A stretch of 64,000 nt of DNA, taken from positions 10,641 through 74,640 of the forward strand of contig DASTIC010000043.1 in the NCBI GenBank assembly GCA_035717845.1, given 5' to 3'. A program made the position numbers and the translations under genes. How positions within the stretch are numbered: position 1 is the stretch's first letter; the number at the start of each line of letters is the position of its first letter. The stretch is from Solirubrobacteraceae bacterium (GTDB lineage Bacteria; Actinomycetota; Thermoleophilia; Solirubrobacterales; Solirubrobacteraceae). The notes beneath the pieces were generated by a model. The model was not told the origin of the DNA, did no database searches, and saw only the letters and a list, made by a program, of their open reading frames with translations. This document shows positions 31,791 to 41,472 of the stretch, in pieces.

Positions 31791-34341
31791 AGTGCAACGC
31801 CTCCAGGACGTTCAGCCGCGACGCGCGGCGGGCGGGCAGGATGGCGGCCAGGATCCCGAGGGCGACCGCGGCGATCGTGAAGGCCACCAGCGATCCGACG
31901 GGGAGGGCGAACGGGATGCCCTCCTCGGCCAGCGCGCGCGTCACGAGCCCCGCCAGGAAGAGCCCGGCGCCGATGCCGAGGGCGGTGCCCATCAGCGTGG
32001 TCACGATGCTCTCGTGGCGGACCATCCGGCGGACCTGCCGACGGGTCATCCCGACCGCCCGCAGCATCCCGAGCTCGCGCGTGCGCTCGAACACCGTCAG
32101 CACGAGCGTGTTGACGATCCCGAACAGGCTCACGAGGACCGAGAGCCCGAGCAGCGCATAGAGGAGGTTGAGCACCGTCTCGAACCCGCTCAGCTGGCTG
32201 TCCTTGAACTGCTCGCGGGTCTGCACCTTCGTGTCGGGATAGGGCCCGAGCGCCTGCTCCAGCCGCTTGGTGGCGGCCGGCGAGACGCCGCCCTCCACGT
32301 CGACGAAGGTGAACTGGTTCCGCGGTTGGGGGAAGGACGCGTCGAACGTCGCGGTCGAGATCGCCACCTCGGCGAAGGGCGAGCCGCCGCGCGGCTCGTC
32401 GAAGACACCGATGACCGTCAGCGCGAGGGTCTTGCCGGTCGCCGTCTCGACCCGCAACCGCGAGCCGCGCTCGAGCCCGTGGTCGTCGGCGTAGGCGTCG
32501 GTGACGAACGCGGCGCCGGCGCCGAGGCGGGCCGGCACGCCGGCGTCGCCGTGCCTCCAGCGCATGTCGACGAGCCGGTTGAGGTCGGGCTCCACCCCGC
32601 TCACGCCCAACCGCTCGTCGAAGGCCCGGCCCGTGCCGAACCGCACCTCTGAGACGGCCCGCACGCCGGGGGCGGCCGCCGCCGCCCGGGACGACTCCAG
32701 GGACGTCGCGCCGAAGCTCTCGTTCGCGACCAGCGTGTAGTCGCTGACGAACAGCTCGTCGACGGCGTCCGTGAACGACGCGCGGACGCCCTGGCCCAGC
32801 GTGGCCACGAATGTGATCAGCGCGAGCCCGATCATCAGGGCCGCCGCCGTCGACGCGGTGCGAGCGGGGTTGCGGCGCGCATTGTCACGCGCGAGCCGCC
32901 CGGCCGCGCCGCCGAGCCGCGTCCCGGGCCAGCCGAGCACGCGGGCGAGGGGCGGGACCAGCCGCGGGGCGATCATCGCGACACCGGCGAAGAGCAGCAG
33001 CACGCCGACGGCGAGCGCCGCCAGCCGGCGACCGCTCGGCAGCCCGCCGGCGAACAGCCCGTAGGCGAGCACGCCGACCGCCACGACACCCACCGCGAGC
33101 GCCGGGAAGGGCCCAAGCCGGGCCAGGCGCGAGCGTGGCAGCACCGCGCCCTCGCGCACCGCGGCGATCGCCGGAACGCGGGTGGCGCGCAGCGCCGGGC
33201 GCAGGCTCGCCAGCAGCGTGACGAGGATGCCGACGGCGAGGCTGACGACGACCGTCCGGGCGGCGAGCACGGTGCCGGTCCCCGGCAGCTCGACGCCGAC
33301 CGAGTCGAGCAGCGCCTGGAGCCCCTTGGCCAGCCCCAGCCCCGCGAAGAGGCCCGCGATCGACGCGAGTGCCCCCACGACGACGGCCTCGAGCACGACC
33401 GACGCGAGCACCTGACGGCGCGACGCGCCGAGCGTGCGCAGCGTCGCCAGCTCGCGCGTGCGCTGGGCGATCGTGATCGCGAGCGTGTTGGCGATCACGA
33501 AGCCGCCCACGACGAGCGCGATGCCGCCGAAGGCGAGCAGGAAGTACCCGAAATACTTCACCACGTCCTGCACGTCGCTCGCCGCCGACTCGCGCTGCGC
33601 GGCAGCCGTCTTCACGTGGGCGATCGACGGGAGCAGGGGCTTGATGCTCGCGATCAGCTCTCGCTCCGACACGCCCTCGCGCGCCCGTACCTGGATCTCG
33701 TCGAGCTTGCCGGCCTTGTCGAACAGCCGCTGGGCGGTCGCGAGCTCGAACGCGGCGATCTGCGCGCCGCCGGGCGATCCGACCGACCCGTACTCGACGA
33801 GTCCGGCGATCCGGAACTGTCGTACCGGTCCCAGCGTGCCGACGCCGATCGAGTCGCCCGGCTCGAGGCGCTGCGCGTCCGCGGTCTTGCGGTCGATCGC
33901 GATCTCCCCGCTGCCGCTGGGCAGGTCGCCCTGCACGACGGTGAGCGGGTTGAAGTGCCGGTCGGCAGCGGGATCGACGCTGAACACCGCCGTGCCCCAG
34001 CTGCTCTCGATCACCTTCCCGTCCGCGCCGACCAGCTGGGCGTCGTCGATGACGGCGCCCTCGGCGCCCTCCACGTCGGGGAGCGCGCGCACGTTGGCGA
34101 GCACGGAGGCCGGGTAGCTCTCGGTGGCCGCCGCATCCTCGTCGTCGAAGCCCTCGCGGCCGACGATGACCGCGTCCGCGTGCGTGTACGTCTCCGCGAA
34201 GATCGTGTCGAAGCCCTTCGAGATCGTGTCCGTCAGGACGTAGGTGCCGCTGACCATCGCGACGCCGAGGACGATCGCCAGCGCGGTGAGGGCGGCGCGC
34301 AGCTTGCGTCCGGCCAGCCCCTTGAGCGTGACGGCGATCAT
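31783..34341 (-). CDS. ABC transporter permease with two FtsX/MacB-type domains
   Basis: MIAVTLKGLAGRKLRAALTALAIVLGVAMV..., 852 aa, with duplicated 4-TM FtsX modules and large extracytoplasmic loops. ATG at 34341 overlaps the ATPase stop (ATGA). The N-terminal 177 aa of the track ORF is out-of-frame ATPase sequence. Confidence 0.85.
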   Translation of the reverse strand: MIAVTLKGLAGRKLRAALTALAIVLGVAMVSGTYVLTDTISKGFDTIFAETYTHADAVIVGREGFDDEDAAATESYPASVLANVRALPDVEGAEGAVIDDAQLVGADGKVIESSWGTAVFSVDPAADRHFNPLTVVQGDLPSGSGEIAIDRKTADAQRLEPGDSIGVGTLGPVRQFRIAGLVEYGSVGSPGGAQIAAFELATAQRLFDKAGKLDEIQVRAREGVSERELIASIKPLLPSIAHVKTAAAQRESAASDVQDVVKYFGYFLLAFGGIALVVGGFVIANTLAITIAQRTRELATLRTLGASRRQVLASVVLEAVVVGALASIAGLFAGLGLAKGLQALLDSVGVELPGTGTVLAARTVVVSLAVGILVTLLASLRPALRATRVPAIAAVREGAVLPRSRLARLGPFPALAVGVVAVGVLAYGLFAGGLPSGRRLAALAVGVLLLFAGVAMIAPRLVPPLARVLGWPGTRLGGAAGRLARDNARRNPARTASTAAALMIGLALITFVATLGQGVRASFTDAVDELFVSDYTLVANESFGATSLESSRAAAAAPGVRAVSEVRFGTGRAFDERLGVSGVEPDLNRLVDMRWRHGDAGVPARLGAGAAFVTDAYADDHGLERGSRLRVETATGKTLALTVIGVFDEPRGGSPFAEVAISTATFDASFPQPRNQFTFVDVEGGVSPAATKRLEQALGPYPDTKVQTREQFKDSQLSGFETVLNLLYALLGLSVLVSLFGIVNTLVLTVFERTRELGMLRAVGMTRRQVRRMVRHESIVTTLMGTALGIGAGLFLAGLVTRALAEEGIPFALPVGSLVAFTIAAVALGILAAILPARRASRLNVLEALHYE

Positions 34342-35108
34342 CGGCCGGTCACCTCCTCCATGGCCTCGAGCACCTCGTGGGCGCTCGCGCGCCCGAGCTC
34401 CTTGACCACCTGTCCGTCCGCCAGGAACAGAACGCGGTCGGCGATCGCCGCCGCGTGCGGATCGTGGGTGACCATCACGGTGGTCTGCCCGTAGCTCGAG
34501 ACGGCGTCGCGCAGGAGCGCGAGGATCTCCCCGCTCGTCGTCGAGTCGAGGTTGCCCGTCGGCTCGTCGGCGAACACGACGGTCGGCCTGGAGACGAGCG
34601 CGCGGGCGATCGCGACGCGCTGCTGCTGGCCGCCGGAGAGCTCGGCGGGGCGATGCCGGAGGCGGTCCGCGAGGCCCACGGCGGCGATCAGCTCCCGCGC
34701 CCACGCCGGGTCGGGCCGTTCGCCGGCGATCGTGAGCGGCAGGAGGATGTTCTCCTCCGCCGTGAGCATCGGGAGCAGGTTGAAGAACTGGAAGATGAAC
34801 CCGACGTGACGGCGCCGCAGCCTGGTGAGCCCGGTGTCGCCGAGCGAGCCCAGTGGCGTGCCGTCGATCCACACCTCTCCGGCAGTCGGCCGGTCCAGGC
34901 CGGCGAGGAGGTGCATGAGCGTCGACTTGCCGGAACCCGACGGCCCCATGATCGCCGTGAGCTCACCTTCGCCCACGGAGACGGAGACGCCGCGAAGCGC
35001 GTCGACGGCGGGGTCGCCGGTGCCGTAGCGACGGGTGAGCTCGCGCGCCGCGACGCGAACGGGTGCGTGGCTGGTCGGCGGCAAGGGTTCGGAGAGCGCT
35101 GTGTGCAT
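34338..35108 (-). CDS. ABC transporter ATP-binding protein (MacB/LolD-like)
   Basis: GPSGSGKST (Walker A), LSGGQQQRVAIARAL (signature) and VVFADEPTGNLD (Walker B). Start re-set to ATG at 35108. Confidence 0.9.
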   Translation of the reverse strand: MHTALSEPLPPTSHAPVRVAARELTRRYGTGDPAVDALRGVSVSVGEGELTAIMGPSGSGKSTLMHLLAGLDRPTAGEVWIDGTPLGSLGDTGLTRLRRRHVGFIFQFFNLLPMLTAEENILLPLTIAGERPDPAWARELIAAVGLADRLRHRPAELSGGQQQRVAIARALVSRPTVVFADEPTGNLDSTTSGEILALLRDAVSSYGQTTVMVTHDPHAAAIADRVLFLADGQVVKELGRASAHEVLEAMEEVTGR

Positions 35109-35158
35109 ACCTCGAGACGCTCCCAGGGCGCGCCGGAGACCTCGTCGGGCCCCGGCGT

Positions 35159-35197
35159 GATTCGCGCTCGTCCGCCCGCCCGATTCGCACTCGCCGC
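35159..35197. promoter_or_regulatory. Direct repeat GATTCGC(G/A)CTCG(T/C)CCGC x2, 23-nt register, in a divergent promoter region
   Basis: 35159-35175 and 35182-35197 lie between the ABC operon start (35108, minus) and the kinase start (35285, plus). They are candidate response-regulator half-sites by inference only. Confidence 0.25.
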
Positions 35198-35284
35198 TGA
35201 GGACGAGGCGGCTCATCCCCTGGGTGGAGCGCGGTCGGCGGCGAGGCCGATGCGGCGCCCGGACCGGCGCCGTACGGTTGGCCT

Positions 35285-36523
35285 ATGTGGCTGCGCCGCC
35301 ATGCCTTCGACGCGCTCGTCCTCGCCGTCGCCGCGGCGTCGCAGATCGAGATCCTCGTCGGCTCGCTCGCGGGACCGAAGGTGGCCGTCCAGGCGACTGC
35401 GTTGCTCGCGACGCTGCCGCTGCTGTTCCGGCGTCGCTTCCCCTTCGGGGGCCCTGCGCTCGTGTTCGCTGGGGTCGCCGGCGTCTCGCTCGTCTCCCTG
35501 GCGGGCGTGACGGAGGGGGCGACGTTCCCGATGCTGGGCCTGATCCTCGCCTGCTGGGCCGCCGGCGCGCAGCGCGAGGGCCAGCAGGCGCTTGCCGGCG
35601 CGGCGCTCGGCCTCGCGGCCTTCGCGGTCATCGTCCAGGCGCACCCGGGTCCGGGGACGACGCTGCAGATCGGCGACGCCGAGGTGGACCTCGTGTCGTG
35701 GCTCGTCATCGGGATCGGGCTCCCGCTCGGCGCTTTCGCGCTCCGTCGGCGCGAGGAGCGCGCCGCCGCGCTGGAGGCGGAGACCGAGCGGCTCGCGCGC
35801 GAGCGCGAAGAGCGCGCCCGTGCCGCCGTAGCCGCCGAGCGCGCCCGCATCGCCCGCGACCTCCACGACGTGATCGCCCACAGCGTGAGCGTCATGACCG
35901 TCCAGGGCGGCGCGGCGCGGCTGCTGCTCGAGCAGGACGCGCAGCGTGCGCGCGAGCCGTTGCTCGCCGTCGAGGAGACGGGGCACCAGGCGATGGCCGA
36001 GATGCGCCGCCTGCTCGGCATCGTCCACGCCGAGGAGGATGCGCCCGCGCTGGCGCCGCAGCCGGGCCTGGCCGATCTCGAGGCGCTGGCCGAGCAGATG
36101 CGCCAGGCGGGGCTCCCGGTCGCGCTGGACGTGCAGGGCGCCCCGAAGACGCTGGCGCCGGGTCTGGGGCTCGCCGCCTACCGGATCGTGCAGGAGGCCC
36201 TCACCAACGCGCTCAAGCACGCGGGGCCGGCGCGCGCATGGGTGACGGTCCGCTACGACCCTGATGGGCTCGTCCTCGAGGTCGCCGACGACGGCGGCGC
36301 CGGTCGCGGAAGCGGCGCCGGCGGAAGCGGGCATGGCCTCGTGGGCATGCGCGAACGCGTGGCGCTGTACGGCGGTGATCTGGCGACCGGTAGGCGGGCC
36401 GAGGGCGGCTTCGCCGTCCGCGCCCGGCTGCCGCTCGGGCCGCGAGTGGTCGGGGACTTGCACTCGCGACTCCGGGCGGGGCATGATGGGTCGGAAGGCC
36501 CTCGACCCGGATCGGGGCGATGA
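35285..36523 (+). CDS. Sensor histidine kinase, NarL-partner (HisKA_3) type
   Basis: Multi-TM N-terminus, H-box ERARIARDLHDVIAH (His194, codon 35864-35866), N-box EALTNALKHA, G-boxes DDGGAG and GHGLVGMRER. Confidence 0.85.
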   Translation: MWLRRHAFDALVLAVAAASQIEILVGSLAGPKVAVQATALLATLPLLFRRRFPFGGPALVFAGVAGVSLVSLAGVTEGATFPMLGLILACWAAGAQREGQQALAGAALGLAAFAVIVQAHPGPGTTLQIGDAEVDLVSWLVIGIGLPLGAFALRRREERAAALEAETERLAREREERARAAVAAERARIARDLHDVIAHSVSVMTVQGGAARLLLEQDAQRAREPLLAVEETGHQAMAEMRRLLGIVHAEEDAPALAPQPGLADLEALAEQMRQAGLPVALDVQGAPKTLAPGLGLAAYRIVQEALTNALKHAGPARAWVTVRYDPDGLVLEVADDGGAGRGSGAGGSGHGLVGMRERVALYGGDLATGRRAEGGFAVRARLPLGPRVVGDLHSRLRAGHDGSEGPRPGSGR

Positions 36524-37650
36524 GGTTCGCATCGTGGCTCAGGCGGCGTCCCCTGGACGCGCTGGTGATCGTGCTCACGGCTGCCCAGCAGCTGGAGGCC
36601 TGGTCCGGCTCCGTTCCGGGCGGAAACGTCGCCGTAAGCGTCGCCACGCTGCTGTGGACGCTGCCCCTGCTGCTTCGGCACCGGTTCCCGTTCGCTGCGC
36701 CCGCGTTCGCCTTCGGCGTGCAGATCGTGTCGACGTTCCTCGGTCCTGAGGCCTTCGCCGGCGAGGACACAGGGTTCGCGGCGGTGCTCCTCACCTTCTG
36801 GGTCGCGGGGGCGTACAACGAGCGCGCGCAGGCGGTCGCGCTCACCGCGATCGGGTTCGCCGCGATCGCCGTCGTCGAGCGCCGGGACGTCCGCATCGAC
36901 ACCGACGAGGGGATCACGGCGATGGTGGCCTGCGGCGTCGTCGCGCTGATCGCCCACGTGCTCGAGCGCCGTGGGCGGCGGTCCGCGGCGCTCGAAGAGC
37001 AGGCGACGCGCCTCGCACACGACCGCGAGGCGAGGGAGCGTGACGCGGTCGCCGCGGAGCGCGCGCGGATCGGGCGCGAGCTCGGAGACGTCGTCGCCCA
37101 GGGGCTGGCGGCGATGACCGCGCTGGCGCGGGCTGCGCGTGAGCTCCTCGACGAGGACCCGGCGCGCGCCCGCGCGCCGATCGCCGCACTCGAGGAGACT
37201 GGGCGTCAGGCGCTGGGCGAGCTGCGCCGTCTCCTCGGCATCCTGCACCCGTCTGCGGGCGAGCCGCTGCTCGCGCCGCCCCCGGGGATGGAGGATCTCG
37301 ACGCTCTTGTCCGGCGCGCCGAGGCGGCCGGGCTGCCGGTCGCGCTAACGGTCGAGGGGTCGCCCACGGTGCTAGCGCCCGGCGTGGACCTCGCCGCGTA
37401 TCGGATCGTCCAGGATGCGCTCACCGACGCGCTCGAGCACGCCGCGCCCGCCGCCGCGAAGATCGCCGTCCGCTACGAGCGTGACGCGATCGCCCTCGAG
37501 GTCTCCGATGACGGCGACGCCGGGCGTCCGGGGCTCGTCAGCCTTCGCGAGCGGGTCGCTGTCTACGGCGGGGAGGTCGAGGCCGGGCGCCGGGCGGGCG
37601 GCGAATATGTCGTGCGAGTGGCGCTTCCGGTCGAGGCGGGCCACCGGTGA
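36520..37650 (+). CDS. Histidine-kinase paralog with degenerate catalytic motifs (putative pseudokinase)
   Basis: Same architecture as the upstream kinase, but the H-box is ERARIGRELGDVVAQ (Gly189, codon 37084-37086, replaces His). The N-box is DALTDALEHA (Asn to Asp), G1 is DDGDAG and G2 is RPGLVSLRER. ATGA and GTGA overlaps join it to both neighbours. Confidence 0.75.
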   Translation: MRFASWLRRRPLDALVIVLTAAQQLEAWSGSVPGGNVAVSVATLLWTLPLLLRHRFPFAAPAFAFGVQIVSTFLGPEAFAGEDTGFAAVLLTFWVAGAYNERAQAVALTAIGFAAIAVVERRDVRIDTDEGITAMVACGVVALIAHVLERRGRRSAALEEQATRLAHDREARERDAVAAERARIGRELGDVVAQGLAAMTALARAARELLDEDPARARAPIAALEETGRQALGELRRLLGILHPSAGEPLLAPPPGMEDLDALVRRAEAAGLPVALTVEGSPTVLAPGVDLAAYRIVQDALTDALEHAAPAAAKIAVRYERDAIALEVSDDGDAGRPGLVSLRERVAVYGGEVEAGRRAGGEYVVRVALPVEAGHR

Positions 37651-38306
37651 TCCGCGTCCTCATCGCAGACGACCAGGCGCTTGTGCGCGGCGGCTTTCGC
37701 ATGATCCTCGACGCCCAGCAGGACATCGAAGTAGTCGGGGAGGCCTGCGACGGCCGCGAGGCGCTCGCACGGGCGCGCGAACTCACGCCCGACGTCGTCC
37801 TCATGGATATCCGCATGCCGGAGCTCGACGGCCTGGAGGCCACGCGCCGGCTGCTCAGCGGCGACGGCACCTGTCGCGTGCTGATCCTTACCACCTTCGA
37901 CCTCGACGAATACGTCTACGCGGCCATGAAGGCCGGCGCGAGCGGATTCCTGATCAAGGACGTCCGTCCTGAGCAGCTGGCCGACGCGGTGCGCGTCGTC
38001 GCCGCCGGGGAGGCGCTCCTGGCACCGGTGATCACGCGTCGGCTGATCGAGCACTTCGTGAGCCGGCCGGCCCCCAGCCCCGGTGCGCCGGAGCAGCTCG
38101 AGGACCTATCCGAGCGGGAGCTCGAGGTCGTAAAGCTCATCGCCCGCGGCCAGTCAAACGACGAGATCGCGCTCGAGCTGTTCGTGACGCGCGCGACCGT
38201 GAAGACGCATGTGACGCACATCCTCACGAAGCTCCGGCTACGGGACCGCGTGCAGGTGGTCGTGCTGGCCTATGAGTGCGGCCTCGTCCAGCCAGGGGCC
38301 GGCTGA
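37647..38306 (+). CDS. Response regulator, NarL/LuxR family
   Basis: The receiver domain has IRVLIADDQ...DVVLMDIRMPELDG. The LuxR HTH is LSERELEVVKLIARGQSNDEIALELFVTRATVKTHV. Confidence 0.9.
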   Translation: MIRVLIADDQALVRGGFRMILDAQQDIEVVGEACDGREALARARELTPDVVLMDIRMPELDGLEATRRLLSGDGTCRVLILTTFDLDEYVYAAMKAGASGFLIKDVRPEQLADAVRVVAAGEALLAPVITRRLIEHFVSRPAPSPGAPEQLEDLSERELEVVKLIARGQSNDEIALELFVTRATVKTHVTHILTKLRLRDRVQVVVLAYECGLVQPGAG

Positions 38307-38346
38307 GCGGTCGTAACCGCCGGTGCGTCGGGTAGTACGTGGGGGT

Positions 38347-39477
38347 ATGGCAGAGGATCTGCGCGCGCTGAGCCGGCTCGCGTTCGACGAGGTGTGCGCG
38401 GCCGCGGGCGGCATCGAAGAGGTCCACCTGGCGATCGCCGAGCGGACGTTTCCGCCCTCGAGCGTGCCGAAGGTCATCCACGACGGCATCTCGCGCGCCG
38501 TGTACGCGAGCGTACGCGGCGCCGCCGCGCTCGCCGCGCTGGCCGCCGACAGCGCGCTCGCTCGGCGCGACGACCAGCCGCCGCTGATGACGACCCCACG
38601 CGGCGCGGCCGCACTCGGCGTGCTGAACGGGCTCCGCGGCGACGCGCTCGAGCGCGAGCAGAGCCCGCTTGCGGTGCCGATGACGGCGCGCGGCGGCGCC
38701 GGGTCGCCACGGCTCGCGGTGTTCGTGCACGGGCTGTTCGAGAGCGAGCTGGCGTGGCACTACGGCGGTGGCCCCACGTACGGCGAGCGGCTCGCCGCCG
38801 ACCACGGTCTCACGCCCGTGTACCTCCGGTACAACAGCGGCCGCCGCGTATCCGAGAACGGGCGCTCGCTCGCCGATCTGCTCGCGGCCTGGCCGCTGCC
38901 GCTCGAGCAGGTCGTCCTCGTCGGGCACTCGATGGGCGGGCTGGTGGCACGGAGCGCCTGCCACGTCGCGAGCGAGCGCGGCGACGAGTGGGTGCGGCAC
39001 GTCACGCACGTCGTCTCGCTCGGCTCGCCCCACACCGGCGCGCCGCTCGAGTCGGCCGTCCACTACGCGGCCGCGGCGCTCGGGGTGCTGCCCGAGACGC
39101 AGCCGTTCGCGCGCTTCCTGCGGCGCCGCAGCGGCGGTATCCGCGACCTGCGGCACGGCTCGCTCGTCGACGAGGACTGGCGCGGTCGGGACCCGGACGC
39201 CCTGCGCGCCGCGGCGTGTCGCGAGGTCCCGCTGATCGAGGGCGCCGCCCACCACTTCGTGGCCGCCACCGTCACCCGCTCGCCAGAGCATCCGGTCGGC
39301 CGGCTGGTGGGCGACTGGCTCGTGCTCCACTCCAGCGCCTCGGGCCGCGGCCGCGTCGCGTTCGAGGAGGAGCACGGCCTGCACGTCGGCGGCGTCCACC
39401 ACCTCGCGCTGCTCAACCACCCGCAGGTCTACGAGCGGCTCAGGGAGTGGCTCGCGACAGCGCCTCGAGCCGCGTAG
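38347..39477 (+). CDS. Alpha/beta hydrolase (PGAP1/lipase-like)
   Basis: VLVGHSMGGLVARSA is the nucleophile elbow GxSxG. Start re-set to ATG at 38347. Confidence 0.7.
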   Translation: MAEDLRALSRLAFDEVCAAAGGIEEVHLAIAERTFPPSSVPKVIHDGISRAVYASVRGAAALAALAADSALARRDDQPPLMTTPRGAAALGVLNGLRGDALEREQSPLAVPMTARGGAGSPRLAVFVHGLFESELAWHYGGGPTYGERLAADHGLTPVYLRYNSGRRVSENGRSLADLLAAWPLPLEQVVLVGHSMGGLVARSACHVASERGDEWVRHVTHVVSLGSPHTGAPLESAVHYAAAALGVLPETQPFARFLRRRSGGIRDLRHGSLVDEDWRGRDPDALRAAACREVPLIEGAAHHFVAATVTRSPEHPVGRLVGDWLVLHSSASGRGRVAFEEEHGLHVGGVHHLALLNHPQVYERLREWLATAPRAA

Positions 39478-40777
39478 CCAGCCAGTCCGCGGTCGCCTCG
39501 TGCTCGGGCTTCATGAGCACGCTGCGCAGGACCCGCGCGCCCGGCGCGTCGGCGTCGAGGCCGGGGTGCAGCGCGGTCAGGTCGCCGGCCGCGACCTGGA
39601 GCGTGCTGAGGAACACCGGGTCGTCCGGGTCGTCCATGCCGGCGCGCAGGATCGCCGCCGAGGCGGCGTCGATCTCGGACAGGCGGCGCCGCCGCGGGAA
39701 GTAGGCGACGATGTCGAGCTCCGGCTCGAGCAGCAGCCGCAGCGACTCGGACTCGCGCAGGTGCGCGGCGAGCTTGCGTGCGGCGCGGCGGGCCGCGGCG
39801 AGCACGGGCGCGAGGTCGACGGCCCGCAGGGTGAGCCAGAGCGCCGCCGCGGCGGCGCCGGCGCGCGAGCACTCGAGGCTTATCTCGCCGAGGTGGAGCG
39901 CTCCCGACGTGAAGTAGGTGTAGGGCGAGTCGTGCGCATAGAAGCGGCCGACGCCCGGGTCGGCGAACAGCACCGCCCCGCAGCCGTACGGCTGGAGACC
40001 GTGCTTGTGGGGGTCGACGACGATCGAGTCGGCCGCGCCCATGGCGCGCAGTCCGGGGGGCGCGTCGTCGAGCAGCGCGAAGAAGCCGCCGTACGCCGCG
40101 TCGACGTGGATCCGGACGCCGTGGCGCTCGCGCAGGGCGACCGCCTCGTCGATCGCGTCCACAGCCCCGACGCCGGTCGTGCCCCCGGTCAGCACGACGG
40201 TGCCGACGTCGCCCTTCGCGCATTCGGCGTCGACGGCGTCGAGGTCGATCCGGCCGTCGGGCCCGGCGGGGACCTCGCGCGCCGGCATCCGGAGCACCTG
40301 GCACATGCGCGCGTGTGTGTAATGGGCGTTGGCACCGTGCACGATGCCCTTGTCGGGGTGCAGCTCGCGCGCCACCCACAGCGCCTCGAGGTTGGCGATC
40401 GTGCCGCTCGCCGTCAGGTGGCCCAGCGTCGGAGCCTTCAGGCCGAGGATGCGCGCGAGCTCCTCGACCGCCTCCTTCTCCATCTCGCTCGTCGCCGGGC
40501 CGCCGTCGAGCGCGTGGTTGTTCGGGTTCACGAGCATGGCGGCCACGTAGCCGGCGGCCGCGGCGGCGTGCGGCGGCTTGAGCATCTGGCCCGCGAAGCG
40601 TGGGTGGAAGAACGGGAAGTTGCCGTCCATGCGCCGCGCGAACTCCTCCCAGGCGGCGTCCCAGCGGGCGGGGTCGACGGCGGGCGGCGCCGGCCGCTCG
40701 CCCCAGCGCGCCTCCCACGACTCGACGAGCCCGAGCGCGGCCTCGATGCCCTCCCGGCGATCCACGGGTCGGATCAT
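39440..40777 (-). CDS. Pyridoxal-phosphate-dependent (group II-like) decarboxylase
   Basis: LTASGTIANLEALWVARE...HVDAAYGGFF...SIVVDPHKHGLQPYGCG (PLP Lys). ATG at 40777 overlaps the GntR stop (ATGA). The upstream part of track ORF 39440..41443 is artefact. Confidence 0.8.
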   Translation of the reverse strand: MIRPVDRREGIEAALGLVESWEARWGERPAPPAVDPARWDAAWEEFARRMDGNFPFFHPRFAGQMLKPPHAAAAAGYVAAMLVNPNNHALDGGPATSEMEKEAVEELARILGLKAPTLGHLTASGTIANLEALWVARELHPDKGIVHGANAHYTHARMCQVLRMPAREVPAGPDGRIDLDAVDAECAKGDVGTVVLTGGTTGVGAVDAIDEAVALRERHGVRIHVDAAYGGFFALLDDAPPGLRAMGAADSIVVDPHKHGLQPYGCGAVLFADPGVGRFYAHDSPYTYFTSGALHLGEISLECSRAGAAAAALWLTLRAVDLAPVLAAARRAARKLAAHLRESESLRLLLEPELDIVAYFPRRRRLSEIDAASAAILRAGMDDPDDPVFLSTLQVAAGDLTALHPGLDADAPGARVLRSVLMKPEHEATADWLATRLEALSRATP

Positions 40778-41430
40778 CGCGGACGGGCGCCGGTGATCGC
40801 CGCCATCGCCGCGCGGGCGGCAGCGGGATCGCCGGCGCGGACGGCCTCGAGCACCCGGCGATAGCGGTCCGGGCGCGCCGGCGCGGGGCCGCCGAGCGCG
40901 GCGGAGAGCTCTGCCGCCACGCGAGCCAGCGGACGGTTGCCGGCGGCCTCGGCCAGCGCGTCGTCGAACGCCCGCCGGGCCGGTTCGCCCGCGTCTGTCT
41001 CGACGCCCTCGACCGCGGCCTCGAGCCGCTCCAGCGCGGGCGGCGGGCGCTCGGCGGCACGGCGCGCCAGCTCGCCGCCGAGGACCGCGGGTGGGCCCGA
41101 GCGGGCGGCGGCCAGCGCGGCGAGCTCCCCGGCGACGATCACGTGCGCCTCGGTCGCCTCGACGGCCAGTCGCGGGCCGGCGGCGACCAGCACCTCGGGG
41201 TCGAGCACGTCCCATCGTCCCATCGGCTCGACCCGCGCCCCATGCCCGTGCGTGACCCGCACCACGCCCCGCTCCTCGAGCGCGCGGATGCACTCCCGCA
41301 CCACGCCCCGGCTCGCGCTCAGCTCCGCGGCCAGGTCGACCTCCTTCGGCAGGTTCGCGCCCACGGGCAGGTCGCCGGCGACGATCCGCCCGAGCAGCGT
41401 GCGCAGGATGCCGCGATGGAGCCGAGCCAC
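40774..41430 (-). CDS. GntR/FadR family transcriptional regulator
   Basis: LPKEVDLAAELSASRGVVRECIRALEERGVVRVTHGHGARV is a GntR winged HTH, followed by an all-helical C-terminal domain. GTG start at 41430. Confidence 0.8.
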   Translation of the reverse strand: MARLHRGILRTLLGRIVAGDLPVGANLPKEVDLAAELSASRGVVRECIRALEERGVVRVTHGHGARVEPMGRWDVLDPEVLVAAGPRLAVEATEAHVIVAGELAALAAARSGPPAVLGGELARRAAERPPPALERLEAAVEGVETDAGEPARRAFDDALAEAAGNRPLARVAAELSAALGGPAPARPDRYRRVLEAVRAGDPAAARAAMAAITGARPR

Positions 41431-41472
41431 GGCGGTGATCCAATCACGGCGCTCCCGTATCGTGGCCCGCCC

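Noticed and set aside
38224-41060. ORFs 38224..39420 (-), 38394..39704 (+) and 39429..41060 (-), and similar Arg-rich frames
   Set aside because: They overlap the alpha/beta hydrolase and PLP-decarboxylase genes in other frames and show no domain signatures. They are high-GC artefacts.
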